Both the position numbers and the translations under genes were made by a program. The notes under the pieces were generated by a model. That model made no database searches, was not told where the DNA came from, and worked only from the letters and a program-made list of their open reading frames with translations. From IMG/VR virus record IMGVR_UViG_3300028835_002692: a stretch of 64,000 nt of DNA; one strand, 5' to 3'. This document shows, one piece after another, positions 56,503-64,000 of the stretch (position 1 is the stretch's first letter; the number at the start of each line of letters is the position of its first letter). Source of the DNA: an uncultured virus (IMG/VR IMGVR_UViG_3300028835_002692). Lineage: Duplodnaviria > Heunggongvirae > Uroviricota > Caudoviricetes.

Positions 56503-57749
56503 TGAACTCCGTCAATCCCATGCTTGCTCAGACGGGGGAAGAGCCGTTTGACAGTCCCGACTACATCTACGACCTGAAGTATAACGGGATGCGGATTGTC
56601 GGCCATAAGGACGGTGGTTCAGCCCTCCTTCAAGGGAGAAGTGGGCTGGACTACACCGCCCCGTTCCCAGAGCTGGCTGGTCTGGTCGAGAACATCAAGT
56701 CCGAGAGGGCAAGCGTAGACGGGGAAGTGGTTTGTCTGGGAGCCGATGGGCTTCCCGACTTCAACGCTCTCCAGAACCGCTACAATCAGACTGACCCGCT
56801 GGCTATCAAGGCTCTGATGGCTCGATTTCCTGCCATCTATCAGGTCTTTGATGTTGCCCGAGTGGACGACTATGACCTGACGGCCGGCGGAGGAGCCCAG
56901 GCCAAACTGATGCAACGGCGGGAGATCCTGGAGAAAATCCTGATTCCCGATGAAAGGGTCAGGCTGGCTCCGTATGTGGACGGCAACGGTATCGCCCTGT
57001 TTGAGCAGGTGAAGAAAATCGACGAGAAGGCTGGGAGGCAGGTCTTTGATGGAGTCATGGCCAAGACAAAAAGTGGCCTGTACTATCCCGGAGGCCGGGG
57101 CAAAGACTGGCAGAAGTTCAAGATTCCGAAGTATGCCAACTACGTTATCTGTGGCTTTACCTTCGGGACTGGCTGGCGGGAGGACTTGATGGGTGCTGTC
57201 GTACTTGGAAAGCCCGAAAACGGGCAGCTCCGCTGGGTGGGGTGCGCTGGTTCTGGTTTCCAGTATCAGCAACTCGCTGACCTCTATGCAACCCTGCTTA
57301 GGCTGCGGACAGACGATAGCCCCTTCGCTAATGGCACGAAAGTCCCCAAGCTGGACTCTTGGGTGAAGCCTGTCCTGGTGTGCTACGTCAAATACTACGA
57401 CATCTCCAAGACTGGCCAGCTCATCCAGCCTATCTTCCAGCACCTGCAACCAATGTTTACACCGGAGGAGAGCAAGTCCAATCCCAGCGTAAGCCATACG
57501 GTGAACGTTGACCAGTTTGGGGAACTCTCCTGCACCTGCCCTGGCTGGTGTAAGCGTCCACCGCCTCGGTCATGCACCCATACCCTGCAAGAGGAGGAGA
57601 AGAGACGCCTGGGACAGGGCTACTGGTCGGGTGACCCAGTGGAAGCGATGGTGGCCACCGCTGAACCCGTGGTTCAGGCTGGCGAGAGAGAGAAAGGTGG
57701 CTCCCTGACTGACCTATTCAGGAAGCTGGGCGAGGACGGGTTGAAATGA
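56502..57749 (+). CDS. LigD-type ATP-dependent DNA ligase domain fused to a SWIM zinc finger
   Basis: PMLA, KYNG, VDGEVV, VFD, GVMAK, GSGF; C-terminal CTC..C..CTH. Confidence 0.85.
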   Translation: MNSVNPMLAQTGEEPFDSPDYIYDLKYNGMRIVGHKDGGSALLQGRSGLDYTAPFPELAGLVENIKSERASVDGEVVCLGADGLPDFNALQNRYNQTDPLAIKALMARFPAIYQVFDVARVDDYDLTAGGGAQAKLMQRREILEKILIPDERVRLAPYVDGNGIALFEQVKKIDEKAGRQVFDGVMAKTKSGLYYPGGRGKDWQKFKIPKYANYVICGFTFGTGWREDLMGAVVLGKPENGQLRWVGCAGSGFQYQQLADLYATLLRLRTDDSPFANGTKVPKLDSWVKPVLVCYVKYYDISKTGQLIQPIFQHLQPMFTPEESKSNPSVSHTVNVDQFGELSCTCPGWCKRPPPRSCTHTLQEEEKRRLGQGYWSGDPVEAMVATAEPVVQAGEREKGGSLTDLFRKLGEDGLK

Positions 57750-58021
57750 TACGGAAAGAAATCATCATAGCAAACAAGGTGTTCGACCTGGGCCTCAAAG
57801 GGCTAGAGGATGCCACCAAGTCCTGTCGACTAGTCGGTCAGGAGATGGAGCTTGAGGTCGCTGGCCGGATTTTCCAGTTGGGCGTTCTCAGGCCGGATAA
57901 GGCGCTCGTCTTCCATGAAGTCGGGCAGACTATCCTGAGAAATATCGTCTTCCATCGCTTCGTGGCACTGGGACTATGGTGGCCACCAGTCAAGGTTCTG
58001 AGTTGCTTTAGTTACTCTTAA
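57746..58021 (+). CDS. hypothetical protein
   Basis: Translationally coupled ORF. Confidence 0.5.
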   Translation: MIRKEIIIANKVFDLGLKGLEDATKSCRLVGQEMELEVAGRIFQLGVLRPDKALVFHEVGQTILRNIVFHRFVALGLWWPPVKVLSCFSYS

Positions 58022-58038
58022 GGAGAAAGGAGGCTGCT

Positions 58039-58311
58039 ATGAAGATTAGGAGAAATAGCAAGGAGCTCCCGGAGATATTCGCTAGAGCCAAGAACATCAG
58101 GGTGTACTCCCTCGATAACTGCTTCGTGGGGAAGCTGCTGGCTGAAGACCCGATTGACCCTGAAGCCTGGCCGAAGGAAGTCAAGCATACCACACAGCAG
58201 GACTACCTGGCCAAAACCTTCAGGGGGACTAGCTTCGCTGAGCTTACCCGCAACACCGGGACTTTTACCCTGCGCATCCACTCGAATCTCTGGTATGAGT
58301 TTGAAAACTGA
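58039..58311 (+). CDS. hypothetical protein
   Basis: RBS. Confidence 0.6.
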   Translation: MKIRRNSKELPEIFARAKNIRVYSLDNCFVGKLLAEDPIDPEAWPKEVKHTTQQDYLAKTFRGTSFAELTRNTGTFTLRIHSNLWYEFEN

Positions 58312-58329
58312 ATAGAAAGGGGGTGGAGG

Positions 58330-58572
58330 TTGGTGAAACTATGGAGGAACATAGTCAATACTTACAGGGCGGCTTTAGGCATGGGTAAGCAGGACAAGGT
58401 GTTCTACTCGCTTTGTGAGGATGACATCCTGGAAGTGGCCAATGCCCTGGGCGTGGAGCTGACGCCTGATGAGATGACCAGGGCGAAATCTACGGTCGCG
58501 GACAGCGTCGGTGGACACTGGTGGGACGTAACCGAGGATGTCATAGGCGATATTCTGAGAGAAAGGAGGTGA
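58330..58572 (+). CDS. hypothetical protein
   Basis: RBS. Confidence 0.55.
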   Translation: MVKLWRNIVNTYRAALGMGKQDKVFYSLCEDDILEVANALGVELTPDEMTRAKSTVADSVGGHWWDVTEDVIGDILRERR

Positions 58573-58576
58573 ACCG

Positions 58577-58786
58577 ATGTCAGAAGTAAAGGTGACCATT
58601 GACGGTGAGGAGGTTACCCTGGAACAGAACGGTAAATCGAGGAACGGGACATACGAGAAGTACAAGGAGCCGGAGCCATACGCTAGCGCGGGACCTGGCC
58701 AAAGTCCCCTCATCGTTACCGTCTATCGTAAGCCAGGGTGGAAGCCTTCTCAGGATGTCGGCCATGGTGACGCCGCCGACTCCTAA
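58577..58786 (+). CDS. hypothetical protein
   Basis: AAGGAGGTG RBS. Confidence 0.55.
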   Translation: MSEVKVTIDGEEVTLEQNGKSRNGTYEKYKEPEPYASAGPGQSPLIVTVYRKPGWKPSQDVGHGDAADS

Positions 58787-59106
58787 GTAAGCTGTCGACG
58801 CCGGGCCCACGAATTATCGTTGGTATTCAACGGGAAAACCGTTGGGAAACAGTGGTTCGTGGGCCTCCGTGGGCATATTACTGCCCAAATCTATATAAGG
58901 AGGCAATATGAAGATTTGTGAGTATGAAAAGGTCACATGTCCTTATTGTCAAGAGGAAGACGAGCTGCAGGATGTCGGGAATGTAACGCTAAACAAGCCC
59001 AGTATTCCTTCTGCCAGCTTAGGACCCTGGCACTTCATTACCTGTAAGGCTTGTGGCGGAGATTTCTGTATACCCTGTGCAGACTAAAAGGAAAGGAGGT
59101 GCTGTC

Positions 59107-60069
59107 ATGACAGGACAGACAGTGACGGCCAGCGTCAAGGTCGATGGTGATAAGCTGGCCGAAGCAATCAGAAGGGTAACTCCCTTCATGGCCGATGAGA
59201 GCCCACCCAGCTTGGCGTGCGTTTACGCCGAGTCCCAGGGTGGCGTTCTCCAGCTCACGACAACGGACGGGTACCGGATGGCTCACCTGACCGTGCCTCT
59301 GCCCTTCCCAGATGGTAACTATCTGATGAAAGGGGCGGGAGTCAAGGACTTCTCCACACGCCACTATAACGGCGCCGAGGTGACGGTCCAGGTCGGTGAG
59401 GGCGACAAGCTGGGGTTCATCGAGATAGGCGAGGTCACCGTAGGGCTCGAGACCAGCCCATACATCAACTATCCAGCCGCCGTCCCGGAGAGCTTTGACC
59501 TGGAGGCCATCATCGACACCAAGGCTTGGATAAAGCCCATTCGCCAGAACAAGTCCGAAGTGGTTGGTGTGGTCTACTCGTCTGCCGGCTGCCGAATTTA
59601 CCTCCAGAACAGGGAGGGGGAAACGGTTGCCTGCGAGTCCCTACCGGTGCAGATGTTCTCCGGCCCGGACAAGAAGGTGGCCTACCATGCCGAACGTTTC
59701 AGGAGAGCCCTGACCAGCTGCGGTCCCAGCGCCACTATCCAGGTGGGCGACCCAGCTAAGGCTACTCTCTTTGAGGCCGAGGATTACTGGCACATCCTGA
59801 CACCCTGGCAGGTCTTCCCCCGCGAGGTTAGCCTATCAAACTCCGAGCGAGAGGCTATCAAGTGGGCCGAGGAAGCCCTAGAAGCTGTGCGCAAAGGAGA
59901 AGTCGCGGGCATTGTCCTCATCGGGGGCGGGAAATTCTACCTTGAGCTGCGACCCGGGCTGACCCAGACTCAGGTTCAAGTGCGTGAGCCGAAGCTAGCT
60001 GAGGAGCCTACAGCCGCCCCAGCTGAAGAGCCTGAACCAGAGGTGGAAGAAAGCACAAAGGAGGAATAG
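59107..60069 (+). CDS. DNA polymerase III beta-clamp-like protein (divergent)
   Basis: LQLTTTDGYRMAH, YINYPAAVP; two clamp-like domains. Confidence 0.65.
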   Translation: MTGQTVTASVKVDGDKLAEAIRRVTPFMADESPPSLACVYAESQGGVLQLTTTDGYRMAHLTVPLPFPDGNYLMKGAGVKDFSTRHYNGAEVTVQVGEGDKLGFIEIGEVTVGLETSPYINYPAAVPESFDLEAIIDTKAWIKPIRQNKSEVVGVVYSSAGCRIYLQNREGETVACESLPVQMFSGPDKKVAYHAERFRRALTSCGPSATIQVGDPAKATLFEAEDYWHILTPWQVFPREVSLSNSEREAIKWAEEALEAVRKGEVAGIVLIGGGKFYLELRPGLTQTQVQVREPKLAEEPTAAPAEEPEPEVEESTKEE

Positions 60070-60071
60070 CC

Positions 60072-60596
60072 ATGGGAAACACCACAGAAGGAGACCTCAG
60101 TGAGCTCGGTCTCCCACTCATGTATCAGAAACGGCTGAATCGAAACGGCATCACGACCATAAAGGAGCTCTGTGAGAAGTCTGAGCGGGACTTGTATTTC
60201 CTGCGGAACGTAGGTCACAAGTGCATCGAGGCGGTCAAGGAAGCCCTGGCAGCGAGGGGACTTTCCATATCGTCACCTACGGTAGCGCCGGCTCCTACCT
60301 GCATCTGCCCCGGGCGACCTGAGATGGAGCTGGTAGCGGATACCAGGAGGGGAACAATTTATGAGTGCGCAACCTGCAGTAGGCTCCTCTACCAGTCAAA
60401 GGTGGAACCTGTACAGACGTGGTATCGGCCTGAGATAACTTTTGGCGACCTACGGCTTGAAGTGTCTCAGAGGCACTGTAGCGCCTGTGACGGCCTTCAA
60501 CTCCATGTCAGGGTAGAAGGGGGCTTGTGGCGGTGTCTCGCCTGTAGTTTAGTGGGTCGGGGCGATTTTAGCCAGAAATCACCAACAGGGTCTTGA
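60072..60596 (+). CDS. RNA polymerase alpha-CTD-like domain plus zinc ribbons
   Basis: LSELGL..LNRNGITTIKEL..DLYFLRNVGHKCIEAVKEAL; several CxxC. Confidence 0.75.
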   Translation: MGNTTEGDLSELGLPLMYQKRLNRNGITTIKELCEKSERDLYFLRNVGHKCIEAVKEALAARGLSISSPTVAPAPTCICPGRPEMELVADTRRGTIYECATCSRLLYQSKVEPVQTWYRPEITFGDLRLEVSQRHCSACDGLQLHVRVEGGLWRCLACSLVGRGDFSQKSPTGS

Positions 60597-60623
60597 CAAT
60601 GCCTAGAGGCAATATAGTATAAT
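60593..60623 (+). promoter_or_regulatory. sigma70-type promoter
   Basis: TTGACA followed by TAGTATAAT. Confidence 0.6.
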
Positions 60624-60726
60624 GGTAAAACCGACGGGGTCGGGCTGGTGGCACAGCGTTGTAGCTGGCAGAGCGGCTGGATACACCTTGGCGTTTAACC
60701 AGCCCGCCCGTCGGGAGGGATAAGAA

Positions 60727-61368
60727 ATGACAACGGAAAATCAACCACCGGATATCATCATGTGGGTCGGGACGAAGTTCTATCCAACTAAGGACTCCTA
60801 CATCAAGGAGTCTTTCAACCTGGGATGTGCCAAGAGAGTCCCGAAGCTACCGAGTGAAATTGTGCCTGGAAAGTCCCGGTGCTTTCTCGCCCACGACGAG
60901 GGAAAGAAAGGGCAGGGTGTCATCTTCGGCTTCTTCGTCATCTCCGGCGTCGATGTCATCCTTGATGAAGAGGAAAAGATCAGGAAATACCAGCAGGAGT
61001 ACGAGGGTCTTAACGTCCAGCCGATTTCATCGGCCCAGGCGAGAGCTGAACCCCGCCGGCTCTGTGGCGAGCGAGTCTATGGAGCCAGCTACATCGTCTC
61101 CGAGAACGACATGTCCAAGGTGTTCGAGGCAGCTCTCCCGCTAGCGGAGAAGGCAGACATCCAGGGCTCCATGGTCGTCCTTTTGCACCCGATACCTTAC
61201 CCCAGGATGCGATTCCGCAACTGGCGCTACATGGAGCCTGAGTTCCTGGCGAAGTACGACTGGCCACAGAGGTCGCTGCCGGTCACCAGGACGGTTAAAA
61301 TTGAGCACAAGGAAAAGAAGCAGGTCGCCGTTGAGGACCTGCCCCTCTTTTCAGGAGATAAGAATTGA
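60727..61368 (+). CDS. hypothetical protein
   Basis: 213-aa ORF after a structured leader. Confidence 0.65.
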   Translation: MTTENQPPDIIMWVGTKFYPTKDSYIKESFNLGCAKRVPKLPSEIVPGKSRCFLAHDEGKKGQGVIFGFFVISGVDVILDEEEKIRKYQQEYEGLNVQPISSAQARAEPRRLCGERVYGASYIVSENDMSKVFEAALPLAEKADIQGSMVVLLHPIPYPRMRFRNWRYMEPEFLAKYDWPQRSLPVTRTVKIEHKEKKQVAVEDLPLFSGDKN

Positions 61369-61533
61369 GCCAGAAGGGCAGAAGCGGTAGCCGGCGGAAG
61401 TGCGACACAGCGAAACACAAGAAGCGCCGACACCAGGAGCTGGACAACAGGGCCTACAAAGACCAGCAGCGGATAATGACCGAATGGGAGTTCGCACAGA
61501 GGCTACCCGATATCCATGTTCCCGAGGTGAAAA

Positions 61534-61848
61534 ATGAGGAAGAAAGTTGGAGTACTGGCATTAGCCCTGGTCGCTCTTCAGGTAGCGGATAGCTCCCTGA
61601 CGATGTGGGCGACCAGCCATGGCTACACGGAGGTCAACCCCTTTATGGCGCCCATCGCCCATACCTGGTGGATGGCTGCCGTCAAAGTATTGCCAACGGC
61701 GCTGGTGGGATGGCTGGCTTTCTGGGCGGTGGGACGCTTCCCTAAGACCTGGAGAGTAGCACCCAAGGTCGTGGTCTTCGGGCTGGGAGCTGCTTGCGCT
61801 TTCCTGGGTATCGTGCTGGCTTCTAATCTTGGGGAGTTGATTAACTGA
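61534..61848 (+). CDS. DUF5658-like membrane protein
   Basis: D..LT....G..EVNP; three TM segments. Confidence 0.7.
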   Translation: MRKKVGVLALALVALQVADSSLTMWATSHGYTEVNPFMAPIAHTWWMAAVKVLPTALVGWLAFWAVGRFPKTWRVAPKVVVFGLGAACAFLGIVLASNLGELIN

Positions 61849-61849
61849 T

Positions 61850-62065
61850 ATGGTAGAAGAGATGAAGAAACGGGCTGCCTACGCTCAAGCGGTTATCGCT
61901 GCCGGAGACCGACACCGAAAAGAGATGGATGCAGCCAATAAGGACTGCAAGGAAGAGATGGATAAAGCCAGTGAGCGATTCCGGGAAAGGATGCATCACT
62001 CTTTTCATATCTACGATGAAGAGCTTAAGGCGGCAGCGATTCAATACGAGAGAGAGGACAAGTGA
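61850..62065 (+). CDS. small helical protein
   Basis: Operon context. Confidence 0.5.
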   Translation: MVEEMKKRAAYAQAVIAAGDRHRKEMDAANKDCKEEMDKASERFRERMHHSFHIYDEELKAAAIQYEREDK

Positions 62066-62066
62066 A

Positions 62067-62738
62067 ATGGTAGAGCAAGAGAGCTACACATGCCCAAAGT
62101 GTGGAAAGACCAGCTACCACCCGGAAGACGTGAAGCACGAGTACTGTGGTAACTGCCATCAGACCAGAATGGAGCTGGAGATGGAGACCATGGAACTGAA
62201 AAGGGCGCCAGGGACGTGCTGCCCAGAGCCGGAGTGCGATAAGTTCTCCTGCGTGGGGTGCGAATATCTGGGTCTCTGCCTGGGAGATCCCCAAAAGGTG
62301 GACTATTGCCCGCGTCCCAGAACCTGCCCGAGCTGCGGTGCCGACTGTACGAAGTGTGAGCTGTGGTTAGCTCCCGTCTACCATTGGGACTTCAGCAAGA
62401 TGACGGAGGGCCAGGCTCTCTACTCGCTCGGTGCGAGGGCGACTGAGAAGGACGGCAAGAAGGGGCTAAACATGCCCATCCCAGGCAAGCCCGGAGAGAC
62501 CATCTTTATCGAGGCTTCCGATGAGAAGCCTGGCGCCATCGTTGCCAGCGACCGCAAGAAAGATAGGCTGAAGGGAGCCAAAAAGACCAGGTGTGCCGAC
62601 TGCCGGCACAAGGTATGGATATCGCCATCGACCCAGGAGATGCTCAAGCGTTATCCTGGGACACCGGTGATATGTATAGCCTGCTTCGTGAAGCGGGCAG
62701 AGGAAGAAAAGAAACAGGAGAAGGAGGCCAAACCATGA
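62067..62738 (+). CDS. Cys-rich multi-zinc-finger protein
   Basis: Many CxxC motifs; start MVEQ after GAGGA. Confidence 0.6.
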   Translation: MVEQESYTCPKCGKTSYHPEDVKHEYCGNCHQTRMELEMETMELKRAPGTCCPEPECDKFSCVGCEYLGLCLGDPQKVDYCPRPRTCPSCGADCTKCELWLAPVYHWDFSKMTEGQALYSLGARATEKDGKKGLNMPIPGKPGETIFIEASDEKPGAIVASDRKKDRLKGAKKTRCADCRHKVWISPSTQEMLKRYPGTPVICIACFVKRAEEEKKQEKEAKP

Positions 62739-62920
62739 GAGTCTTTGTCTACGATGGTCGAGAATTCCCAGACCCAGACCCGAAGCTAAAGGTCGACGAG
62801 GTCCGGCAGCACTTTGCTACCTTCTTCCCAGAGCTCAGTAACGCTGAGTCGAAGGAGAGCAAGCGTGGTGAGGACACCATCATCGAGTTCAAGAAGCGGG
62901 TCGGCACCAAGGGAAGCTAA
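62735..62920 (+). CDS. PRTRC system protein C-like (ubiquitin-like)
   Basis: RVFVYDG..PDPDP..DEVR..FPELSNA..KRVGTKG. Confidence 0.8.
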   Translation: MRVFVYDGREFPDPDPKLKVDEVRQHFATFFPELSNAESKESKRGEDTIIEFKKRVGTKGS

Positions 62921-62924
62921 AGCG

Positions 62925-63185
62925 ATGGATCGGAAAACGTTTAATCTAGTAGATGTCACGCTGAGGTATGCGCCGACGGGGGAAAAGAATAACCCGTTCA
63001 AGGATGGCCGGGAGCTTACCTTAAGACTGCTCAAGGCCGGGGCGGCGATGGAGCAGCTTGATGAGGCGGTGGGGGTCGTCTGCCGTAAATTCACTCTCCG
63101 CCCCAAAGCGGTGCTTGACTGGTTTACCGCTAACCTGGAGAAGGAAACAGAGGAGCTGAAGCAATGTCAGAAGCCGAGGACATAG
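62925..63185 (+). CDS. hypothetical protein
   Basis: Operon context. Confidence 0.5.
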   Translation: MDRKTFNLVDVTLRYAPTGEKNNPFKDGRELTLRLLKAGAAMEQLDEAVGVVCRKFTLRPKAVLDWFTANLEKETEELKQCQKPRT

Positions 63186-63409
63186 ACAAGGTAGTTAATG
63201 CTCTTCGGAAGGTACCAGAGAAAAGGCTGCTCATCATCGAACTGGCCAACAGCATCCCTATTAAGAACGGCCTCCTGGACTTAAAAGTCATGTCAGATAA
63301 GCAACGGGAAATCAACCTTGCGATAGCTGAGGCTAAAGCCTATGGAAGCCGTACCATCATGGCGGTGGATGCCCTGGTCAGGGTGAGGGGCAGGAAGGAG
63401 GTGGACTGA
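63164..63409 (+). CDS. hypothetical protein
   Basis: GAGGAG RBS. Confidence 0.55.
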   Translation: MSEAEDIDKVVNALRKVPEKRLLIIELANSIPIKNGLLDLKVMSDKQREINLAIAEAKAYGSRTIMAVDALVRVRGRKEVD

Positions 63410-64000
63410 TGTGGGACCTCGATACGATTATTCAGCAAAACAACCAGGCTGCCATCAATTACATGATGAGAGGGCGGGAAGTTGATATAGCTCAATCTCC
63501 ACAGCCACAGGCTTGGTCGCTATCCTTGCTTGCCGAGAAGTTGAGGGTCGGCCCACCGCTTCTGTCTGCACTCCTGCAGAGCTTCACGAACTTTGATATT
63601 CTGGAGAATTTCCTGGGTTTAATCAGGGAGTTTCTCCCAGAACACGAAGAAGAAATCTTGTCAGAAGCTGGAGGGCGACGTGTGTATAGGTTCTGTTATC
63701 TCTTTGGTAAGAGATATTTCCCGCTGCCTCCTTACGCCTTCGAGGCTGACTATGGGCAACTCGTGAACGGCATGCCGATAGAGCTTATGGCTATGTCCTA
63801 CTCAGCGTACCATGACCTTGATATGAGGCAGGGATATCTCTTGCTGCTGTCACTCATAATCTACCCCTACGAAGGTGATGAAAGAGACATGGAAAATGAT
63901 GACGTTCCTTTTGACCCCTTCAATCCCATGGCACGCTTCAATATGGAAGCAAAACTCGAAGGAATAGCGAACGTCAAGGACAAGAAATCGGAGTGGCGCC
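63409..64000 (+). CDS. hypothetical protein, 3'-partial (possibly PRTRC-associated)
   Basis: ATG overlaps the previous TGA; frame open to the window end. Confidence 0.55.
   Translation, partial: MWDLDTIIQQNNQAAINYMMRGREVDIAQSPQPQAWSLSLLAEKLRVGPPLLSALLQSFTNFDILENFLGLIREFLPEHEEEILSEAGGRRVYRFCYLFGKRYFPLPPYAFEADYGQLVNGMPIELMAMSYSAYHDLDMRQGYLLLLSLIIYPYEGDERDMENDDVPFDPFNPMARFNMEAKLEGIANVKDKKSEWR

Larger units (their letters stand above)
1..64000. mobile_element. large virus-like/integrative element extending beyond both window ends
   Basis: Replication initiator plus DnaC, recombinase, structural-type modules and many small hypotheticals; no core-genome synteny. Confidence 0.75.

Noticed and set aside
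18122..57497. Long minus-strand ORFs (18122, 28355, 51991, 53643, 56619)
   Set aside because: Antisense shadows of plus-strand genes with clear motifs or RBSs.

Overview
The whole 64 kb looks like part of one large mobile element or virus genome. There is no ribosomal or housekeeping synteny. Bacterial sigma70-type promoters and surface-protein styles suggest a Dehalococcoidia/Chloroflexota host (inferred). Layout: (1) 0.2-2.9 kb, an array of short unrelated genes, each separated by a 22-bp palindrome GCGTATAA-N6-TTATACGC that resembles dif/loxP tyrosine-recombinase cores, with the upstream stop codon in or abutting the left arm and an RBS after the right arm; 13 full copies occur across the window, several overlapping promoters. 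(2) Two surface/S-layer-like genes. (3) A minus-strand block with a polyprenyl synthase, Mrp ATPase, SCP2 protein, dxs and a small basic protein. (4) An S8 protease and a putative tailless (jelly-roll-like) virion module at 16-24 kb. (5) A replication/recombination and accessory block (Gp3-like protein, DnaD-domain initiator, DnaC, radical SAM, J-domain, chorismate-lyase-like, UbiA-like, broken ispE), marked by a second palindrome GTAACGGA-N3-TCCGTTAC. (6) A second structural/receptor-binding block, a Xer-like recombinase and tRNA-Met. (7) A non-coding region at about 49.8-50.6 kb and an early-type region (MoxR/vWA, Ku/LigD, beta-clamp-like, alpha-CTD-like, PRTRC-C). The best candidate for a new system is an integron-like gene-cassette system built on symmetric Xer/lox-type sites. 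All family assignments come from motif recognition by eye; no searches were run.
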